Part shown: positions 34,297 to 39,329 of the stretch, one piece after another
How positions within the stretch are numbered: position 1 is the stretch's first letter
How the letters are laid out: every line of letters starts with the position of its first letter
DNA from: Hyphochytrium catenoides
Lineage: Eukaryota > Protista > Hyphochytriomycota
Direction of reading: 5' to 3'
DNA: 39,329 nt
Assembly (NCBI GenBank): GCA_900088475.1
Contig: FLMG01002327.1
Location: forward strand, 1 to 39,329
The notes under the pieces: generated by a model
Databases searched by the model: none
Told to the model about the DNA's origin: nothing
What the model saw: only the letters and a program-made list of their open reading frames with translations
Made by a program: the position numbers and the translations under genes

Positions 34297-35190
34297 TTAG
34301 AGGTAACGGAGTACTTGATCCAAGTGTATAGGAGCGTACTCTCGGTCTCTAATTGACTCCAAGTCCCTATCAATAGCTTCCTGCGAATATCGAAGAGAAA
34401 AAGTGGGCTTGAAGAGCTGTTCCTTGGTAGGCTTGTAAGAGGCGACTTCATCTGGCCTGGCATAAACGTTATTGATGTCAGGCTTGGCCTGCAAGGAGCT
34501 AACCCAGCTTGGGTTTAGCTGCTTGGGGACCCTCCGCGGCTTCACTGTTACTTGCGCTTCTACCTTTTCAAGCCCTTGGTAGCGCTGATGATGTCTTGGA
34601 ATGTTAAGACATTTAGATGCAGCTTCACGCTGCCGAACGTCGAGAAGATCGGGTTCGTTCACTGCTGAAGGATCAAACTTGAGCTCTTTGATCGTTTTTA
34701 GTACAGCTTCTTGCCGGAAGACTGAGTGAGGCACGGGACCCGCCACGATTGGCGCAGCATTTGCATCAAAGTTCTCCGGATAGCCAAGTGGTTGCCACGC
34801 ATCAACCTCTGCAGCTGCCCGACGTCGCTCATCCAGTCGTGCTTTTAAGGAAGCTACCTTGGCCGGATTCTTATAGCTATTCTGCAACCGGTGGCCTCGA
34901 ATCTGTGGCATCGTGCGGGCTCCAGACGGGTTGAAGCCTTTTGCGTCACGTGGGCCCCCACTGGTGGGCTGTAGCGCCGGTGGTCTTGGGTTGATGTCAT
35001 TAGCAAAGCTAACCTGGCGCTTGCCTTTAAACTTCTGGCTTTGTAACAGTCGTCCATGATCGACTCTTTGCGCCTGGTAGGACTCACGCTTTTGTTGGTC
35101 TGGTTCAATAGTGGATAGGAGCCGTCTTGGTGGTGGATGGGGTTGTGGGAGGCTTTGACGAGGTCCAAGCAAAGTCTCGTCTGATTCCAT
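34297..35190 (-). CDS. Hypothetical protein, 297 aa, intronless
   Basis: ATG-initiated 894-nt ORF with protein-like composition. Its stop lies about 70 bp from the convergent TUG-like stop. No domain recognised. Confidence 0.7.
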   Translation of the reverse strand: MESDETLLGPRQSLPQPHPPPRRLLSTIEPDQQKRESYQAQRVDHGRLLQSQKFKGKRQVSFANDINPRPPALQPTSGGPRDAKGFNPSGARTMPQIRGHRLQNSYKNPAKVASLKARLDERRRAAAEVDAWQPLGYPENFDANAAPIVAGPVPHSVFRQEAVLKTIKELKFDPSAVNEPDLLDVRQREAASKCLNIPRHHQRYQGLEKVEAQVTVKPRRVPKQLNPSWVSSLQAKPDINNVYARPDEVASYKPTKEQLFKPTFSLRYSQEAIDRDLESIRDREYAPIHLDQVLRYL

Positions 35191-38184
35191 TCTCTTGATA
35201 AACTAGCAATGGCTAGCTCTAACCTTGGAGGAGAGAACTGGCCTCCTCTCCATACCTTGGTGATTTTGCAAAGGTAACCCCTAGCGGCCAGGTAGGTTGG
35301 ACAGATTCAGTGGGAACCACTTGCCGGGAAGGTGTTCCCCTACTGAACAGATACTAAGGAGGCCACGAAGACCCTGGTTCCCAGTTGGGCTAACCTACAG
35401 CCTTTGCCCTTGTAAATGAGGCATAACGAGCAGGTTTAGCGCAGGTATAATCTTGACCTTCCAGAATCTCAGTGTCTTCGGAGAGCTCTTCGGAGATGGC
35501 TTGGCTAACTAGTAGTTCTACTCGTAGTAGGCGGTCCTTGGGCCTTGACTCTTGGTCCCTGACGCTGACTGAAGCACTTCAGAAGCTGGAGGCCGGAGGC
35601 GCCAACAGGACCCTTGACACATTTTCAAATTCTCTCTTTGTTCCCACTACTGTACAGTTTACAGTAGGACTCATTACGGATAGAGCACAGTTTATTCAGA
35701 AGCTATCATCATGGGAAGCATAGGGGTTTAGAAGCGATTTTTACAGAGGTTATTTTCACGAATCGGGTGTAATACATTGGGATTTGGGCTGGGAAAGTAC
35801 CAGAAGCGATCAATCATGCAATCAAAGCTGGGTGGTGGGTTTCACATATTCGGGATACGAAAGCAAGAGTCAATGACTGGGGATGAAAAGCAATGATGTG
35901 AAGGGTGGGAGACGTTTTCAGGCGAAGGCTTTGTGAATCGGATCTCAGATTCTTCGAGCTCACTTGATGGCCAATTGGCGAAGCGGGCTTTTGTGTTCCA
36001 TGGCAGACTTGCTCCGATTCCGGTATTGATGGTGTGCGAAGGTTAGAATTTGGATGTCAGAGATCTATATATTATGTGAAGGTGGAGTGGAGAAGTGGTC
36101 AATGATCTCAGCGTGTCTGTTTGTGCGTGAAGTTGATTGTCTCATCGGAGATTTTGCAAGAATGATTAGTAAATGGCGAAAAGTGAAGTGCATTTGAAGA
36201 CCGGATGCATGATGATACGATGCTTTACTCATTGGAATTATGCTCGCAGTTCTTCAGGGGAACTGAGTTCAGGAGCAACGAACAGATTGTCTCTGAATTT
36301 ACTCTATCTGGGCTGTTAAGTAAATCTCCGATCCTTGGATGGCATGCCTCTATCTCACAGACCCCCAACAAACCTTCAAAGATAAAGCGGTGAATTAGCA
36401 GAAGCTTTCGTGTCATGGCGATTCAAATGATTACCTGTCCTGGCTGAAGAACATCATTAGTCTGCATCGCCTTGCTGTTGGTTTCAACCACCACTTTCCT
36501 CAATCCATAAAAGACTGTGGTGCGATGCTCGAGCGGCATAGCACTAGCAGATGCAGTCCTCAGAATCTCAACAGTTGCTGTTGCTTCTCGGGTGCTGCAA
36601 ACTCACGCCAGAGCTCGTGCTTTATCATGCGGAACTGTTCAATCTTAGGGTTAGGGGTAACGGCATCCCGTCCCATCACTACAACGATGTGTGTGTGCGT
36701 CGTTCATCGGAAATGCTCCTGGGAACTCTCCTCCTTCGCCGCCATCATCCCCCCTACGATTACTAGAGGAGGATAGGCCGTCCCTGCAATGGAGGCAAGC
36801 CTCTGCTCAGGATGCGTTAGGTATGTAGTGTCCACATAAACCACACTGATGATAGCCGATACCGGGACCGTCAGAGCGGCTGCAATTGTCTTCTTCGTGG
36901 TGGTGAAAACGACGCACATCTTCCTCCAGTTACTGCTGGAGTCTTGTCGTAGCCATCGCGACTTTTTGTCCGCAAGTAGTACTCCTTTCCTCGCTTTTCT
37001 CGGTCGTCGTCTTTTGCAATCGCAAAAGCCTTTGAAGGTGCATGGAGTGCTTATTTACGTAGCAAAGTTGTCATGTCACGATGATGATGGAGCAGCCCTA
37101 CCGCATATTGTGCTGCAGCTGATGATGACCGAGCTATTACTCTCCATCATCGGCAAAGATTGAGCCTGCACAGAATTCATCTCTGACTATCTAGCATTGG
37201 CACAAGAGAGAGAGAGAGAAGAACTTTCGCTATGAAGCTCAGTGACCTGGTGCGTGCCTGAGAGTTTTAGGCAGAGACAATTGCCCTTCTTCTCGCAGAG
37301 GAAGAGCGGCGAGGTTAGCACTTTCCTCAGTAGCAGCTTCTCTTTCTTCTTTATCACGCTCGCACTAACGGGAGGAGGATCTTTGCTCGCTCTGCAGCCA
37401 GCAGCGTGACTGGGTGCGTGGTGTGCACCACCTCAGGAGAAGAACAGAGAACAAAGAGAAGAAAATCCACCTGCGTGTGGCGGTAAAAACAATGGTAGGA
37501 GCTACGCATCAGTCTACGTCACGGATGCAGTGCAGTGGAGCTCTATAGAAATGTCGACCTCTTCCGGTACGGCAAAGGAGGCTATGTGAAGCGTGAGAAC
37601 TGTATATCCCGTGCACATTACGATAAAATGCGCTTCTCTATCATGCGGGCCTACGGTGGAGTAAGAGCCCTGCTTGGCAGCCAGGCGGCACAGCTTGATA
37701 CCAAGTTCAAGATTGACCTTCCAACCTGTAGCATGAGGACCACCACCCCGCCTCGAGATGTCTTTGATGCTACCATTCGACAGCAGCTGGAGGAGGAGTT
37801 TCACGAAATATGACTTGATGAAACAGGACCTGCCGCAGCAATGGAGGGGGAGGGGGGGAATCAGAGCGCTGCACCACATCAGGAAGGTGAGGCACCCTCT
37901 GGGGTCTGTGGAGGCATTCGGCGGCATTTCATACCTTGCGTAGTGTGAGTGCGTGGTTCCAAGTATGGCTGTCAGGCGTTAAAAACAAACACAGACCTCC
38001 CCAACATCAAGTCCCGTTTGCCCTCTCTCGATTTAGTACTATCTCTATAGAACTACTAATACGCGAGGGAGGTGCTGAGACACGCATGCTGATGATTTTT
38101 TTTGTTCTCTTCAAGTTGTCAATTGTCGCTTCACATTCCTCCTCCTCCACAGACATCGGACGCGTGTCTCCTCTGGGCATTCCA

Positions 38185-38758
38185 TCACTTGCACCGCATA
38201 GCGTTGTCGCGTATTATTCTTGCTCTGTAAGTCAGACAAGCCACATCGTAAGCCTTGTTAGTGGAGGGAGAGGGGTCCAAGAAGGAGATGACAGGAGCAG
38301 TCGCTATCGAGGGAGATAGAAGGACACAGAGAAGTGCGAGTGCTCTCAAAGGTGCTTGGTATTAGGTTGAAGAAGAGTCTTTACCGCTTACCATGATGAT
38401 CACTTGAGTACTGCAATAGAGCTTGTTGCTGATAATATCCGCAAACATGTCCGCTCCTCCACATCGCTGAAAGAGCACGGAGCTTATAGAGCTTGGTTGG
38501 GTTAACTCGTAGATGAAACTCATACTGCGAGCACGCTGTCCCGCGCCGAACGCGCGATCGAGTTCTCTGGAATGCCAGACTCAATGATCTTTGTATAGCG
38601 AGTGATATGAAGTTCGTCCGTGAGCTTCATTCTGGAGCTTTTCGACGACGGAGATGAAGAGGAGGAGGACGATGAATCGCTTGGACGCTTATAGCAGTAG
38701 AGCACTGATCCTTGTAGAGTGAGCCAGCGCTCAGACCAGCGAGGGAAGAGCTTGCGTC
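38185..38758 (-). CDS. Putative PH-domain-encoding exons (gene 3' part or pseudogene)
   Basis: RKLFPRWSERWLTLQGSVLYCYKR...MKLTDELHIT resembles PH strands 1-4. Candidate introns 38525-38467 (59 nt) and 38391-38254 add RCGGADMFADIISNKLYCSTQVIIM|AYDVACLTYRARIIRDNAMRCK*. The conserved helix Trp is missing and there is no ATG ahead of the first PH-like strands. Confidence 0.5.
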
Positions 38759-38801
38759 CTGGACAACAATAAACAATAACATTGATTGGGGAGCCTCATT
38801 G

Positions 38802-39329
38802 CTATGGACTCCGGAGCATGTTCATGACATATTTGATTGTTGCCGGATAGGAGTTCTTATCATTCGCCTGCAGGTCGGCATGCACCGCCTCCAGGAGGTC
38901 CTGAGGTGCAGGGTCCGTCTGATGAATACTAAGGATCGACTTTGACAGTGTCACCAGATCATGCCTTACGAGTTGTTCATTTGATAAGGAGACACACATC
39001 ATCATATCGATCCATAGGAACTCCCCTGCTTCTGCTCCTCCATCACCATCGGGGCGGCGGCGGCGCAGAAGGTTCGGAAGACGGGCGTCACCGTGATGGA
39101 AGCCTGCGCGATGCAACACTGAAAGCGTCTCGAATACCTTCGGAATGTCGGATACCACGACCTTTTCCACTGGTTCTCCCACAGGCTGAATCAATATTGC
39201 TGCGCCACCACCGCCACATGAGTCCTCCAGCGCGACTGGGCTCTTGCAGCAGAGTTGGGCCACCACAGTGCTGGAAGAGGCTGCTGTCAGCATGTCCACT
39301 TCACGATAGAGGTTGATCACGAACTTTGA
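38802..39329 (-). CDS. Crinkler (CRN)-type protein-kinase-like domain, 5'-truncated by the window edge
   Basis: The frame is open to base 39329. Motifs GAAILIQPVG, LHRAGFHHGDARLPNLL, FLWID and DLVTLSKSIL resemble the kinase-like C-termini of oomycete CRN proteins (HGDxRxPN catalytic loop) as I recall them. Confidence 0.75.
   Translation of the reverse strand, partial: SKFVINLYREVDMLTAASSSTVVAQLCCKSPVALEDSCGGGGAAILIQPVGEPVEKVVVSDIPKVFETLSVLHRAGFHHGDARLPNLLRRRRPDGDGGAEAGEFLWIDMMMCVSLSNEQLVRHDLVTLSKSILSIHQTDPAPQDLLEAVHADLQANDKNSYPATIKYVMNMLRSP

Noticed and set aside
36645-36656. TTAGGG x2, telomere-like
   Set aside because: Only two units, which is too weak to call an interstitial telomeric repeat.
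1-39329. CRISPR arrays, rRNA, tRNA, snRNA genes, prokaryotic operons or intact transposases
   Set aside because: None recognised by eye. Short structured RNAs could have been missed without an Infernal/Rfam search.

Overview
Eukaryotic nuclear DNA from an intron-rich draft assembly (many 50-70 nt GT-AG introns, GA/CT microsatellites, three N gaps, standard genetic code). Two protein motifs resemble oomycete families, so a heterotrophic stramenopile or oomycete relative is my tentative inference. All gene models were spliced by hand and all family calls are motif recognition by eye; no database search was run. In order, the window holds: Miro GTPase (+), an intronless VIT-vWA protein (-), Mediator MED8 (-), a rearranged RLE-type non-LTR retrotransposon relic, a secreted Cys-rich/tandem fasciclin protein (+), and a triple Cys/His-repeat + WW-like protein (+). 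Four consecutive ubiquitin-related genes follow as two divergent pairs: a small ubiquitin-fold protein (-), a CUE + acidic + DUF1917/eIF4E-like-fold protein (+), the E1 enzyme UBA1 (-), and a TUG/ASPL-type UBX protein with an inserted PUB domain (+). The window ends with an orphan intronless 297-aa ORF (-), PH-like exons, and a Crinkler-type kinase-like ORF cut by the edge (-). The best novelty candidates are the CUE-DUF1917 fusion and the ubiquitin gene run around it.
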